A stretch of DNA of 64,000 nucleotides from Basidiobolus meristosporus CBS 931.73 (lineage: Eukaryota; Fungi; Basidiobolomycota), in assembly GCA_002104905.1 (NCBI GenBank), contig MCFE01000384.1, positions 19,850 to 83,849 of the forward strand, read 5' to 3'. Each line of letters begins with the position of its first letter. The stretch's first letter is position 1. The notes beneath the pieces were generated by a model. That model did not search any database and had not been told where the DNA came from. It saw nothing but the letters and a program-made list of their open reading frames with translations. Made by a program: the position numbers and the translations under genes. Positions 26,631 to 39,651 of this stretch are shown piece by piece.

Positions 26631-26903
26631 ATGAACCATCCTGTTGCTGCACATCAACCAGTCTCTCGTATCCCACCTGGCTTCGAGCATTTGTATTCGG
26701 AGTCCAATCTTCCCGAACCCCGTGCTTACGCCGCCAGCGATGTGGAGTCCGATGATTTCTCCTACGAGCTCTCCGTTTATCCTGTCGAGCCCGAAGAAGT
26801 GTGCTTTCGGGGACGCTCCATTTCCTCTGCTGAGGCAAACTACCACCGTGCTCTTGCTCGCCGGTGCCACTATTTTGTCCGCAAGTACTCGCCAGACAAC
26901 TAA
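26631..26903 (+). CDS. Hypothetical 90-aa protein
   Basis: ATG ORF with C-rich third positions; TATAAATA at 26582-26589 upstream. Confidence 0.5.
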   Translation: MNHPVAAHQPVSRIPPGFEHLYSESNLPEPRAYAASDVESDDFSYELSVYPVEPEEVCFRGRSISSAEANYHRALARRCHYFVRKYSPDN

Positions 26904-27284
26904 ATTCCCGCTGCCTGAACACTAGGGCTTCTTTATTTGTGTATATATATATATAAGTTCATTATCCTTACCGGTCCCATTATTCACTGTTGATATCTCC
27001 ATGTTCAATGTCTGTCCTAACGCTTGGTGTCCGAGCAATAATTCATCCTCTTTCCAATAAATATCCATATCCGTCCGACGACATCGCCTAAAATATCCTA
27101 TTCTCTGAATCGGCGCTAATATCGAGGATTTTGCGATGAAACATACGAAATTTCGGAGACTGAGGAATCCAACAGTAGTAATTGAAATCAAAAAATTTTA
27201 GTTTCCGGTGTGGGGAACCTTTCTAGCTATTTAAACTATCATTGAAAAGTTCAGGTTGTTGGTACAAACCAAAGAGCATTCACC

Positions 27285-28249
27285 ATGTTTAGCATTCGTT
27301 CAGTACGTCCCCTGGCTAGTCGCATCACAAAGCCTTTGCTTGCCCAAAGAAAGGCCTACATTCACGAGGTTGTCCCTCTTGCCTATTCGAGCGAGAGAGG
27401 TTTAAAGCCCATCTTTTCCCCCGAAGCTCTCAACCTAGTTTATACCAAGAACCAACAACAGCTCATCGACCGTCTGAACCAACTTACCGTCGGTAAGCTC
27501 AAAACCCTTGTTCAGCCAGGCCCCTGGCAATCCCGTGTTTCGTGAACTAAACGTTACCTCATAGAAACCGAGCATGAAAACCAAGATCTTTTCGACATTA
27601 TGCATTCGACCTACAAAAAGGCTGGCAAAGGAGAGATTTTCAACCACGCAGCCCAGGCCTGGAACAACGATTTCTTCCTTCAAACTTTGGTAAGCCCCTT
27701 TCTATCCAGGAGTTTTCCGGCTTCTCGACTAACCTTCTCCGGCTCTTAGTCCCCCGAACCCAGACCCATCAAGGAAGAGCTCAAGTCTAGAATTGCCAGA
27801 GACTTTGGCTCCTTCGAAGCCTTCCAAGAACACTTCACCAACTATGCTTACTCTCTCTTCGGAAGTGGTTGGACCTGGTAAGAGGATTATTCTGCCTGGA
27901 AACGAACCTTCTGGTATGTTTGCTTACACACTCGCCACCATGTAGGTTGGTCGAAGACGAGCGTGGTGCGTTAAGAATTGTCAACACCTTCAACGCTGGA
28001 AATCCTGTTGTCAGCGACACCCTTCGCCAGCTTGATTCCGACCATGTTGAGACTCTCTCAGAAGCTGACCGGGTCCCTATCAAAAGATACAACGGCTCAT
28101 TCGCACCCCTCCTTACCCTGAACATGTGGGAGCATGCGTACGTCCCAGACTTCGGACCTGATGGTAAGGAGGAGTACATCAAGGCGTTCTGGAAATCCGT
28201 CGACTGGGAAAAGGTCTACAGTCGCTTGTTCCGTTCCTCCCGTACCTAG
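27285..28249 (+). CDS. Fe/Mn-SOD-fold mitoribosomal small-subunit protein (mS42/mS43, Mrp1/Rsm26 type)
   Basis: SOD fold (FGSGWTWL, WEHAY) with three metal ligands replaced (VYTKN, WNNDFF, NMWEH); mitochondrial presequence; three introns. Confidence 0.8.
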
Positions 28250-28681
28250 GCGACTCCCCCACATCTCACCTCAAATCACCCACCCTGCTCTTCTCATCCC
28301 ATCCTCTCACATGATCTTGATCACGCTCATATGCATCATTCAGTGAACGCAAGTTTATTCTAGACTTAGATCAATTCAATCTCATAAATTATCTTACAAA
28401 AACGCCCGTTACGAAGCGAGGTGAAGTGGTGGTCAATGGTCTAGAATAGAGCCAATGTTTACTGAGGTCGGTTTGCCCATGAACTGTAGCATATCTGTGA
28501 CAAAATGTACGCGTACATCGCTTCGGGATGAGGAATAGAAAAATACATGATTAGATGGACCATTTGATTAAATATGTACCAATGTCCAGGTTGGAGGGGG
28601 GCTTGTAGGAATATGTACTGTTGTCGGAGTCGTTCGGTGTTGACTGACTGACGAGGCTTCAAAAGTGCATTACCCCGAGGG

Positions 28682-30013
28682 CTATGTCTCTCCAGTCAGG
28701 GCGCCGATTAGCTCCGCGGTGGTTAGTCCAGCTGCTTTATAATCATTTTCATCCACCCCGACAGATACCAGCCCCTCGGCACCTGAATGAAGCAACAGAT
28801 CAGCTAGGTTGGGCGTGTTATTCGCCGTGGGATGTTCGGGAATCAGCTTGTGGAATAGTGCAATCTTGCCCCGCCTTGGTTTGAAGTCGGTGAACTTCGA
28901 GCGATAGCTGTCTACGGCCCTCTGCAACAGCGACTTCCTCCCCGCCAGACGCACGGGATTCAGCCAGGCCAGCTTCCACGCCAGCTGGTTGCACGCCGAC
29001 TCGTATTCCCATCGGTTCCCCGCATAGTCCTCTTGCTTGACAAATGCCCTCGGGTACACGCAGTTCTCCTTCTTGAACAGTTCGTCGATCTGGCTAAGGT
29101 TCACCTCCTCGATGTCCACCCGGATCCGTACCTTCATCGGGATCCCCTTGGTGACCACGTCCAGGGTGAGGTTCTTCGGTCCCCGGTTTCTTTTCGGATC
29201 CGGTAGCTCCTCACTGTCTCCTCTGGAAGATCTTTTCCTCAGCGTGCCGTTCATCAGCTTCTCCTGTCTGACCACACGCCTGGACCTCAGCTCCGGGTAC
29301 CGGTTTCGGTAGGAGTCCACCGCGCGCTGGAGTAGCCCCCGCTTGCCGCAGATGACATCCGGGTTGAGATAGGCCAGCTTCCAGCCAAGCATATTACATT
29401 CGGTTTCGTAAGCCCACCGGTTCCCCTGGTATTTATCTTCTGTACAGAACGCCCTCGGGTAGAGGCAGTTGTCGTGTTTGAACTGGGTGTCGATCTCCTC
29501 CAAGGACAGGTTGTCGATGTCGGTACGGATTTGGTACTCCTTATTAGTACCTTTCACCGAGTACGTAAACATCACCCACTCCACACCTGCCCGCATTTCG
29601 GTGATGGGGGAGGTCGCGGGGAGCGCGTGGTTGGGCGCAGGGTTCGTTAGAACGCACGGGTTGTGTGCGCCGCCAGTGGGGGAGGCTTGCTCCCCGGGGC
29701 TTGGCGAGGCGGGGATTTTCCCCAGGGTGGTCAGGCTGGAGCCATTCTGGGGGAGTAGAGAGTCGAGGACCGGTGAGGTGTTCAGAGGGTTGTTGGTGTG
29801 CTGCTTGATTCCGCCCGACTCTCGTCGCTTCACTTCGTTGGCCTTCTTGCGTTTGATGCGCTGTACAGTTTTCTCGATTCGGAGGAGTTGCTCACCCGAG
29901 AGGGTGGCCAACAGTTGTTCGGTGGTCGAGTCGGGCTCGATCAGGGAGGCAAGGGAGATGGGTGGTATGGGTGGTGGGTAAGCTGGTGTGGTGTGAACCG
30001 TGTGACTTTCCAT
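28682..30013 (-). CDS. Intronless paralogue of the tandem-domain protein at 573-2006
   Basis: 443-aa ORF with two copies of the 'RxDI...NCxYPRAF..Y.GNRW.YE..CN...QRAVDSYR' domain and the shared N-terminal 'QLLxIEKTV' helix. Confidence 0.9.
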   Translation of the reverse strand: MESHTVHTTPAYPPPIPPISLASLIEPDSTTEQLLATLSGEQLLRIEKTVQRIKRKKANEVKRRESGGIKQHTNNPLNTSPVLDSLLPQNGSSLTTLGKIPASPSPGEQASPTGGAHNPCVLTNPAPNHALPATSPITEMRAGVEWVMFTYSVKGTNKEYQIRTDIDNLSLEEIDTQFKHDNCLYPRAFCTEDKYQGNRWAYETECNMLGWKLAYLNPDVICGKRGLLQRAVDSYRNRYPELRSRRVVRQEKLMNGTLRKRSSRGDSEELPDPKRNRGPKNLTLDVVTKGIPMKVRIRVDIEEVNLSQIDELFKKENCVYPRAFVKQEDYAGNRWEYESACNQLAWKLAWLNPVRLAGRKSLLQRAVDSYRSKFTDFKPRRGKIALFHKLIPEHPTANNTPNLADLLLHSGAEGLVSVGVDENDYKAAGLTTAELIGALTGET

Positions 30014-30611
30014 CTTGGACCCACGCCGACAATATATTGGTTTTATTGAGTTGACCTGTTACGCACCGAACGAGCACAACGACAGGGGTTTCTTTAGGGG
30101 CCTAGTATTGCTATACTGGGAACGCTGGTGAGGCTTACCACTCCGACTGGGGGTTGGTAGGGGTTAGTCTGGTTGTTACTGAGGGGAACCCCGGTTGTGT
30201 TGTTTCACGTACTTGGTTTAGTGAATACAGGGGAGGGATTCTTCTGACTATCCTTTAGACTTGGGTATGGCTAAAGAACGACCAGGTGGTGATAGCGCAT
30301 GGGTTCCAATAGATAAACCGCACAATACGTAATTTTTTTCCGATCGAGATTGATCAGGAATCTGCGAAAAATCGCTGGCGAAACGAGGCCCATCGAATCA
30401 GACCCTCTTGGGGTGGAGAATTCCCATCAATTTGAACGGGCGGTTCCGATCGGAGGATCAGGGATTTTGGGTGCAGCTACCCTCAGGGTGGTTCCGGCTG
30501 GAGAGCTGGAAATTTTCTACGTGATTGATCTGGTTGCATTTACCGTAGTGCACAGTATATATTCGATTTTTTCGTGGGTCCATGTGATTTTTCCCTTGAC
30601 ACTGTTTGGCC

Positions 30612-32268
30612 ATGGCTGCTAGAAGTACTATAGGAAGTAAAGGCGAGTTAAGAACCGAACGAGTCAAGGTGACTCGTTATTTCCCAGGGAAAATTCCCAA
30701 GGGAGTGGAATTGGAGTCCAGCTCTTCAGAAGAGGAGGACATAGGGGAGGAGAAGGTAGAGGAAGACCAGGAAGAAGAGGAGATTTCCCTACCCATCTCG
30801 AATGTCGAGCAAGCACAGAATGTCCCTGTTGCTGACGACAGGAGGTTGCGAAGGTTGAGGGCAAGGAAAGAGCGCAGCGACCAGACTTCGGATGAAGAGC
30901 CGACGAATAATCGCCACAGTATGTAGTAATCTTCAGATTTCGAAATAAGTTATTACAACAGCTGACGTGTTTCTTCCACTTTCTGTAGAGGAAAACGAAG
31001 AGGAGGAGGAGGAGGAGAGTGAGGAAAGCATAGCTAGACGGCGCGCTTTATTAAGAGAGAGGATTCGGCGTCAGCAGGAGGAGGAAGAAGGGGTGACGGA
31101 GGAACAAGAAGAAGAAGAAGAAGAAATTATACAACATAAGGAAGAAGAGGAGGAGGTACCCTGATCCTGTGATGATTGACTTTATGTTAATTATGCATTC
31201 ATTCTGACAAACATTTATAAAGGAATCCTCCGGCGAATCTTCCTCGGAATATGAAAGCGACTCTGAAGAAGAAGAAGAAGAGGCATACGTCAAGCCTATG
31301 CTAAAGCCTGTGTTTATTCCAAAGTTAGTATGTATGGGCGACCCTACAAAATGCAATTCTGGATATTCACATCGTAGCCAAACTTAGGGTGCATAGAGTC
31401 ACTATGAGCGAGAAAGAGCTGAAGGAAAAGGAGGAGGAAGAGAAACTGAAGGAAAAGGAGCTGGAATTAGAAGCCAGGAAAAAGGAATCTCGCTTGATGG
31501 CTGCTGAGGAAGTTAGACGAGAAATTGAAAATCCTGGTCAGTGATTAGCATGCTGAAAGGAGCCCTGAACCCCCACTAAACATCTGCTGTAGACGAGGAT
31601 GAGACTAGCAACAGGCCCCCAGACATCGATGATACCGACGGGTTAGATGAGGAAGCAGAATACGAAGCCTGGAAATTACGCGAGTTGCAGAGAATCAAGC
31701 GTGATAGAGAGGAGCGTCTAGCGTAAGCACTGTTTGGTTTGGTAAGATCAACGAGATAGACATTAACCGTTGACTAGTTTGGAGAAGGAGCGGGCTGAAA
31801 TCGAACGCCGTCGTGCCATGCCGGAAAAGCAAAGATTGGCAGAGGATTTGGCATATGTTCGCGAGCAAAAGGAGAGCAAGAAGAAAGAGAGAGGAAAGCC
31901 GATATTCATGCAAAAATATTTCCACAAGGGAGCTTTCTACATGGTACTTCGGGCAGAATTGGCGTGCTTCTAGGGTGGCTATTCATGCATTTTTCTTACA
32001 GGATCAAGGTGCTGAGGTGCTAAATCGAGACTTCGCGGAGCCTACGCCCGATGAAATTCGCAACAAGCAATCCCTACCCAAGGTGCTCCAGGTCAAAAAC
32101 TTCGGACGTGCTGGCCAAACCAAGTATACCCACTTGGTGGACCAGGATACGTCAAGCAAGGATGCACCTTGGTTCCAAAACTCTGAATTGACCAAGCGCA
32201 GTGTATCCAAAATGGGCGGCATGCATGATGTCTTCGATAAGCCCACACGAAAGAAATCAAAGCAGTGA
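30612..32268 (+). CDS. MFAP1: Spliceosomal B-complex protein MFAP1
   Basis: VTRYFPGKIP, acidic tracts, LKPVFIPK, DDTDG..EYEAWKLREL.RIKRDREER, FMQKYFHKGAFY, VKNFGRAGQTKYTHLVDQDT. Confidence 0.93.
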
Positions 32269-32611
32269 ATGAAACGATACGCTTCTACCGTGAAGCCCGA
32301 CATTGTATAAATCTATTTCAGTAAGAAGCCTCTGCATGTATGATATTGAAGTTTAGAATGACATTCTTTGTGGAAATAAACGAGCCCTAGCTGTGGGTGA
32401 CTGGTCGGATTTTTTCCAAGGAATGCTAATCATGGCCTGGATATCGATCAGATCAATCGCATTGTTTTGAGCGGCGATCAATTAATCACTAATACCCACC
32501 CTTCGAGATTCCAGGCTAGACTGGCCTCGCTTCTCTGCCAGTGATTCATAGTTCGGGGGCTCGAGTATGCTGTGAACCCAACATATTCCATTGACACCCT
32601 CTGTAGCCCAC

Positions 32612-33127
32612 ATGAGTCCTGCGCCAGAACCAGAAACCCCGACAACCGTCCAGGAGACGGTAATAATCAAGAAGAAACCTTGTCGAGTTTGCGATGCTTT
32701 CAAGAGTTGGACCAAAAAGGAGCGCAAGGAAATGCGGGAGGCCGAAAAGGGTTCAGTGGAGACCACTCCTGAAGAGAAAAAAATCGTGGAGTGCCCGCCG
32801 GACAAGGTTGAGCTCGGTCGCTCTACCTGGACCTTTTTACATACCATGGCTGCGTACTACCCTGATAAACCAAGCCAAGAGCAGCAGGGAGACATGCGCT
32901 CGTTTTTAGGGAATTTCTCGAAGTTCTATCCGTGCCAGTGGTGCGCCAACCACTTGCAAGGCCAAATGAAGAGCGACCCGCCAAAGGTAAACAGCCGAGA
33001 AGCGCTTTCGCTGTGGCTATGCCAGCTCCACAACGGTGTCAATAGATTGTTAAAAAAGCCGGAATTCGACTGCTCCAAAGTAGATGAGCGTTGGAGAACC
33101 GGGCCAAAAGATGGCTCATGCGATTGA
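32612..33127 (+). CDS. ERV1: Mitochondrial FAD-linked sulfhydryl oxidase Erv1/ALR
   Basis: CRVC shuttle, CPPDKVELGRSTWTFLH, YPCQWC redox centre, C-x16-C structural pair. Confidence 0.95.
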   Translation: MSPAPEPETPTTVQETVIIKKKPCRVCDAFKSWTKKERKEMREAEKGSVETTPEEKKIVECPPDKVELGRSTWTFLHTMAAYYPDKPSQEQQGDMRSFLGNFSKFYPCQWCANHLQGQMKSDPPKVNSREALSLWLCQLHNGVNRLLKKPEFDCSKVDERWRTGPKDGSCD

Positions 33128-33568
33128 ATAAACGTTTGCTGCCAATGACCAAACGATAAGCTCAAATCTCGCCATTTGACGTGTAACCATACAGGATGAT
33201 GTGACAAAGATCCGCTGCCAGTATCACTTGAGCCGGGATGGCAATGACAGGATAACTACCTAATATCACGACTTGATAAGCAGCACTAATTTGCGCATTT
33301 CATTGTCACTTGGCAACCTGCGTTCCGAATTTATCTGTAGCACAAAGTAGCTTATTCACGGACTAGATGGGTTGAATTTTGGAAGCAGGATTCTCTTCTG
33401 GTTGAGTAATGGCTCACTAAGCTCCGATAGGTGCATTTCAGATTTAGGTTAGCGTAGCAAGTGATGGCGACTACTTGTGTATGTATGATCAATGGGGCAG
33501 CGGGTGAAATTTGTAGGATATAAATGTCTTGGGTACCTTTCTGCTAAAAGCATCCGACAACCGCTACT

Positions 33569-34518
33569 ATGACTGAATACCAGAACCGCATTATTGGCGC
33601 TCCTAACACTTTGGAGTACCGTGTTTACTTCGGTAAGGCTGGTGGCACGCATTGATTGCTGGACCTGTTGACTAACATTGCTGGCTCACAGAACAAAACG
33701 GGAAGATCATCTCTCCCTTCCACGATATCCCCCTCTTCGCCAACGACACGAAGACCGTCTACAACATGGTTGTTGAAATCCCCCGCTGGACCAACGCCAA
33801 ACTCGAGATATCCACCGGGGACGCATTCAACGGCATCAAGCAAGATATCAAGAAGGGAAAGTTGAGATATGTTCGCAACAGTTTCCCTCACCACGGCTAC
33901 ATCTGGAACTATGGTGCGCTCCCTCAAACCTGGGAGGACCCCACCCACTCTCACCCTGATACACAGGCCCGAGGAGACAATGATCCTGTCGATGTGATCG
34001 AAATCGGTGAGCAGGTTGGCTATACTGGACAGGTCAAGCAAGTAAAGGTTCTCGGTGTAATGGCTCTGATCGATGAAGGGGAAACCGATTGGAAAGTCAT
34101 CGCAATCGATGTCAATGACCCACTGGCAAACAAACTCAATGATATTGACGATGTTGAGAAGCATCTTCCTGGATTGATTCGTGCCACCAACGAATGGTTC
34201 CGCATCTACAAAATCCCCGACGGGAAACCCGAAAACAAGTTTGCGTTCTCTGGAGAAGCCAAGAACAAGAGGTATGCGACCGACGTGATCCTCGAAACTC
34301 ACGAGGCTTGGAGGCGCTTGATCACGGGGGCTATCCCACCCAAGGGAGAGCTTTACGATATTACTCTTGAAAACAGCACCGTGTCCGGCTCCCCATACAA
34401 TGTTGGTGTCGATAGCGAGGTCTACAAGAACATCCCTGCTGACTCCCGTAGGCCAGCTGCTCCCGTTGACTCCTCTATTGACAAGTGGTTCTACATCTCT
34501 GGCAACTCGAACGCTTAA
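33569..34518 (+). CDS. IPP1: Inorganic pyrophosphatase (family I)
   Basis: [43 protein letters not shown]; one intron at about 33633-33690. Confidence 0.97.
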
Positions 34519-34871
34519 ACCTCCACATTCCCATTGAAAATAAAAAACCCATCCATTCCATCTCTGATGAACGAGTTGACCTCCACCCTGCCAACCACTC
34601 CCATGGGGAACAGACGAGTAAAAAGATTGCCCTGAACCCACCCAAGGAAATATGATCTTCAGTATTTCGCCTTTATTTTCAATGGCTTCGCGTAACTTTC
34701 GAATACATTAATGCCAAGAAAAAAGGAAAAAAGGAAATTTACATGGCGCGAAATCCGGTGAGTGAGCTTCTAAGTGGAGAGTCTGAATGAAAAAGGACAT
34801 ATAATAATAGTGATAGAAGTTCAACGTCAATTGGTAGTCTATAATCCCGTCTCGATTAAATCAATTCTTAA

Positions 34872-37289
34872 TTATTCGTCAAAGTTGAACTTGATGGAAT
34901 GACTTTCCAAGTCAATCTTTCCCCCGCGGTAAGAACCACGCTTCTTCTTGTTCTTCTCCTTGGTGAATCCCTTGCCACGAGTGACGATCAAGTCGTTGTG
35001 GGCTTTGTGTCCGTAGGAGCCGAGGGATCCGCCTTTGCTCATGAAGGTGTTGTCCATCAAGCGTTCGTCGTGGAAGACGACATCCTCATCCTTGATTCTG
35101 CAGAAAGGGGTGTTGGGAGTTCTCTTGCTTTTGGGAGTTTCATCGGATTCAGCAGGTCTCTTGTTGGGAGTGGCTACTGACATCTTCATGCGCTTGTTGT
35201 TGGGCTCGGAAGTCTCGCTTTCGGATGAATCGGCCTTTCTCTTCTTGGAGTTGTCTTCGGCTTCTTCCTCAGAGTCGGAGTCGGAGGAGCTGGAGCTGCT
35301 GGAGGACTCGGCATCGGACTTCTCATCTTCGGAGCTGGAGCTGGATGAACTGTCATCGCTTGAATCAGCCTTGGCCTTTTCCTTCTCATCTTCGGACTCG
35401 CTAGATGAATCAGAGTCAGAGGAGTCGGACTTGGCCTTCTCCTTCTCATCTTCAGACTCGCTGGACGAATCAGAGTCGGAGTCAGAGTCAGAGGATGAGT
35501 CCGACTTGGCCTTCTCTTCCTCATCGGAGCTGGAATCCGAGTCATCGCTAGAGGATTCAGCCTTGTCCTCTTCATCGGATGAAGAGTCACTGCTGGAGGA
35601 CTCAGACTTAGCCTTCTCCTCCTCATCTTCGGACTCGCTAGATGAATCAGAGTCAGAGGAGTCGGACTTGGCCTTTTCCTTCTCATCTTCAGACTCGCTG
35701 GACGAATCAGAGTCGGAGTCAGAGGATGAGTCGGATTTGGCCTTCTCTTCCTCAGATTCAGAGGAGGAATCATCGCTGCTGGAGTCAGAAGACTCAGACT
35801 TGGCCTTCTCTTCCTCAGATTCATCGCTGCTGGATTCCTCCTTCTTGGCATCGGCCATCTCGGTATCTTCATCCGAGTCGGAAGATTCATCGCTGCTGGA
35901 GGATGACTCGGCCTTGGTTTCTTCTTCGGAGTCTGAGGAATCGCTGCTGGAGGATTCGGATTTGGCCTTCTCTTCCTCATCGGAGGAATCGTCACTGCTG
36001 GAGGAATCCTCGGAGTCGGAGGAAGATTCTTCGCTGCTGGAGGAGTCAGATTTGGCCTTCTCCTCAGATTCGGATGAGGAATCGTCGCTGCTGGAGGAGT
36101 CGGAGGATGATTCGGCCTTTTCCTTCTCGTCCTCGGATTCGGAGGAAGAGTCACTGCTGGAGGAATCGGAGGATGATTCAGCCTTGGCCTTCTCTTCCTC
36201 GGATTCAGAAGAAGAGTCATCACTGCTGGAGGAGTCAGAAGATGATTCAGCCTTGGCCTTCTCTTCCTCAGATTCAGAGGAAGAGTCATCGCTGCTGGAG
36301 GAGTCGGACTTAGCCTTCTCGTCCTCGGATTCGGAGGAAGAGTCATCACTGCTGGAGGATTCAGCCTTTTCCTTCTCATCCTCGGATTCGGAAGAAGAGT
36401 CACTGCTGGAAGAGTCCGAAGAAGATTCAGCCTTAGCCTTCTCTTCCTCAGATTCAGAGGAGGAATCGTCGCTGCTGGAGGAGTCGGAGGATGATTCGGC
36501 CTTTTCCTTCTCATCCTCGGATTCGGAGGAAGAGTCATCACTGCTGGATGATTCGGATTTGGCCTTCTCCTCCTCGGACTCGGAGGAAGAATCGTCACTG
36601 CTGGAAGATTCAGAGGATGAGTCCGACTTGGCCTTCTCTTCAGATTTTTCTTCCTCAGATTCAGAGGAGGAATCATCGCTGCTAGAGTCTTCGGAGGAGG
36701 AGGAGGAGGAGGACTTGGCCTTCTCTTCTTCAGAGGAGGATGAAGAGTCGCTGCTGCTAGAGCTGTCGCTGCTTGAAGATTCTTTGGTGGCCTTCACATC
36801 AGAAGAGTCGGAACTTGACTTGGCCTCTTCTTCGTCATCGCTAGAGTCGGAATCGGAATCAGCTTCATCGGAGCTGCTAGATTCTGAGTCGGCATCCTCG
36901 GAATCAGAGGAGCTGCTGGAGGATTCTTTCTCGCTCTCGGAGTCGCTAGAGTCGGAATCGCTGTCGACATCCATGGCGTCACTGAAAGAGCAACCTGTTG
37001 TGAATACAAACTCCTCAAAACCTCGACAACATACAACCATACCTCTTGGGGGCAGCAAGGTGCTTGCGGTAGACCTCAAACCACACGTTGCTTTTTTCAT
37101 CTTTCATAAGCTAAAATCCAAAACTTAATACACGGAGCCTGGAACCAACACAACCCGAGAGATTGACATGAATTGAACCAGGCTAGTTACCTCCTTGACA
37201 GCCAGCTCGAGAGATTTGGCGGTTTTTTCGCACCCATGCTCAGCTAAGTGGCTATTAATCAACTCATAGAGAGTAGGCTTTTCACTCAT
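34872..37289 (-). CDS. SRP40: Nucleolar phosphoprotein Srp40/Nopp140
   Basis: LisH-like exon (LYELINSHLAEHG), long S/D/E/K repeats, SRP40_C end (TPFCRI..LIVTRGKGFTKEKNKKKRGSYRGG.I..SIKF); two 5' introns. Confidence 0.95.
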
Positions 37290-37918
37290 GTTTATTCGAA
37301 GTGAACAATGGTGGAGGTAGTGTGTAAAACGAGCGCAAGTCCCGACGGAAGCAGAGGGGCACCAGATAACGTCAACCTGGTTAGGTAAACAATTTTTTTT
37401 TCTTTCGCGTTAATTTGGGATCCATTGAAAATGGCCCGAAGATTTTTTTCGGTTTATGAAAATTTTCCGCCACTCAGCGCCAGAACAGCCAACAAATTTT
37501 TGGATGCTCTCTTTTTTTCTTGATTCCCCTCCTCGCTCGCCCGGAATCCGTCCACTCTTGACATCGGTTTGGGTCGTGGGTCTGAGTGATCGTCATTTGG
37601 TTCCAGCTAACGTGATCCTCTACAAGCAGTGATTTTGGTGAATGCTAATCAATACCTAATCTGGGTTTGTTGGTTTGGTTTATCTTGGTGACGGTCTCGT
37701 GATCATCCTAGGGTTAGGGCTCAGGCGGCAATCTAGAGGTGGCCCCAAATATTTGAGGGTCTACATTGAGTATGATGAATATGATGTCGTAAGCAATCTT
37801 TACCTACACAAAGTAGAGGAAAACTAGAGTGAATAAAAGTTCCAAGTCTTTTGTGCGTGTGTAAAGGATATTATTTTGGTTACTTTAATATTTCACCTTA
37901 CAACAACCCCAAGAAGAT

Positions 37919-39104
37919 ATGACCTCCATCGGCACTGGTGTAGGTGGCCCTTCGGTTACTTCGCTCTTTTCGCATGCTAACCAGCTGTTTGCCTCCCACG
38001 ATAGTACGATTTATCCGTTAGTACATACTCCCCTGACGGCCGTGTCTTCCAAGTAGAATATGCTGGGAAGGCGGTCGATAACAGCGGGTACGTATCTCCA
38101 CCATCTTCTCTCTAAGTTCTGAAGTAACCCATGTTTTCTCTAGCACCGCTATCGGTTTGCGTGTTAAGGATGGCGTGGTGTTTGCGGTCGAAAAAATCGT
38201 ACAGTCCAAACTTCTGGTCCCCGGCTCTAACAAGCGTATCCAAACTGTCGATAGACACATCGGTGTGGTAAGCTTTGGATTTGCCTTCTATTTTCTGCCG
38301 GATTCTATGTGACCAAAGTTCTCTAGGCCACCGCTGGTCTGATTGCTGATGCTAGACACGTCGTTAACAGAGCAAGAGAAGAGGCTCAAAGTTATCGTGA
38401 CAATTACAGCATCCCTATTCCCGGAAAGGTCTGGCTGGACTTTCTAGCTCTTGGTTTCCTTCACTTGACTAATCTCTCTTGTTTCCTCAGATGATTGCCG
38501 ATCGTGTTGGCTTGTACGTCCAAGCATATACCCTTTATTCAAGCGTTAGACCATTCGGCTGTAGTGCTATTGTTGGTCTTATTGACCAGGAAGGACCACA
38601 GCTATATATGATTGAGCCTTCTGGCGTGTACTGGGTAAGGTTCTTCTCCGCACACATGCTTATACAAGTGTACAAACAAGCTAACCATCCTCAAGGGTTA
38701 CCACGGTTGTGCCATTGGTAAAGGCAAGCAAGTAGCCAAAACAGAGATTGAAAAGCTCAACTTGTCTGAGATGACTGTTCGTGAAGCAGTCAAGGAGGCA
38801 GCCAGAATGTAATGTATTTTCATGAATTGGAAGTGAAGGGAATGTTGGTAGCTGAATTTCTACTCTCTTCTAGTATCTACACTGCTCATGATGAGGCCAA
38901 GGATAAAGACTTCGAGTTGGAGCTCTCATGGGTTTCAAATGAGACCCAGGGTAAACATCAGTTTGTTCCCAAAGATGTGATTGAAGAGGCTGAGAGATTC
39001 GCCAAGGTAATTCGATCCCTAATCGACATTCCTTCCTTCTCGACCCGCTCTAACCTGTTATTCCCATTCAGGAATCTCTGAACGAGGATATGGAGGAAGA
39101 TTAA
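37919..39104 (+). CDS. PRE10: 20S proteasome subunit alpha-7
   Basis: MTSIGTG|[41 protein letters not shown]; many introns. Confidence 0.96.
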
Positions 39105-39651
39105 ATCCGCTTCAGCAAATTTGACTGTATTATTAACATACCTAAGTGCGTTTATATTGGTGAAATAAACAAAGCAGAGCATTAGCCATGGTCGTTCTAC
39201 ATCAATCTTTCCATAATAAATTCTCGGCTGGATTCAGTTGAATTTTTCACTTGAACGTTCGCTTGATTTGACGTTTATGCAAGGAGGAAACATGTAGCTG
39301 CAATGAGTCTTTTGGTTTCAGCTGTCGCTTCCTTTTGTGAAGGCCGCCAAACATGAATGATTCAAGCTGCTTTTCTTGACGGTATTGCAAAGGAGCGAGG
39401 GTATTGTTGGGAACCCGGTTGGTAGAGCAAAAATAAAGCTACTTGAATATGATCATGGACCCGGAAGTCAGCATATTGCTTGGTTGCCGAACAGGAGAAT
39501 ATTTCTCAGCTACATCTAGCTAAAAGGCGTGCCAATTTCCGTCCAATATTCTTGACATTCCAACTCTGAGCATAAAATGATATTGTAATTGAGACAGGTG
39601 ATAAAAATTACAAGATAAGGATTTTCTTAGGAGGTGGGTTGACATGAAAGC

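Noticed and set aside
27285-28249. Active Mn/Fe superoxide dismutase
   Set aside because: Three of the four metal ligands are substituted; this fits the known SOD-fold mitoribosomal proteins and is not novel.
35035-37128. 697-aa, 496-aa and 223-aa alternative-frame ORFs over SRP40
   Set aside because: Shadows of the low-complexity Ser/Asp/Glu/Lys repeat, which lacks stops in other frames; the real frame has the SRP40_C domain.
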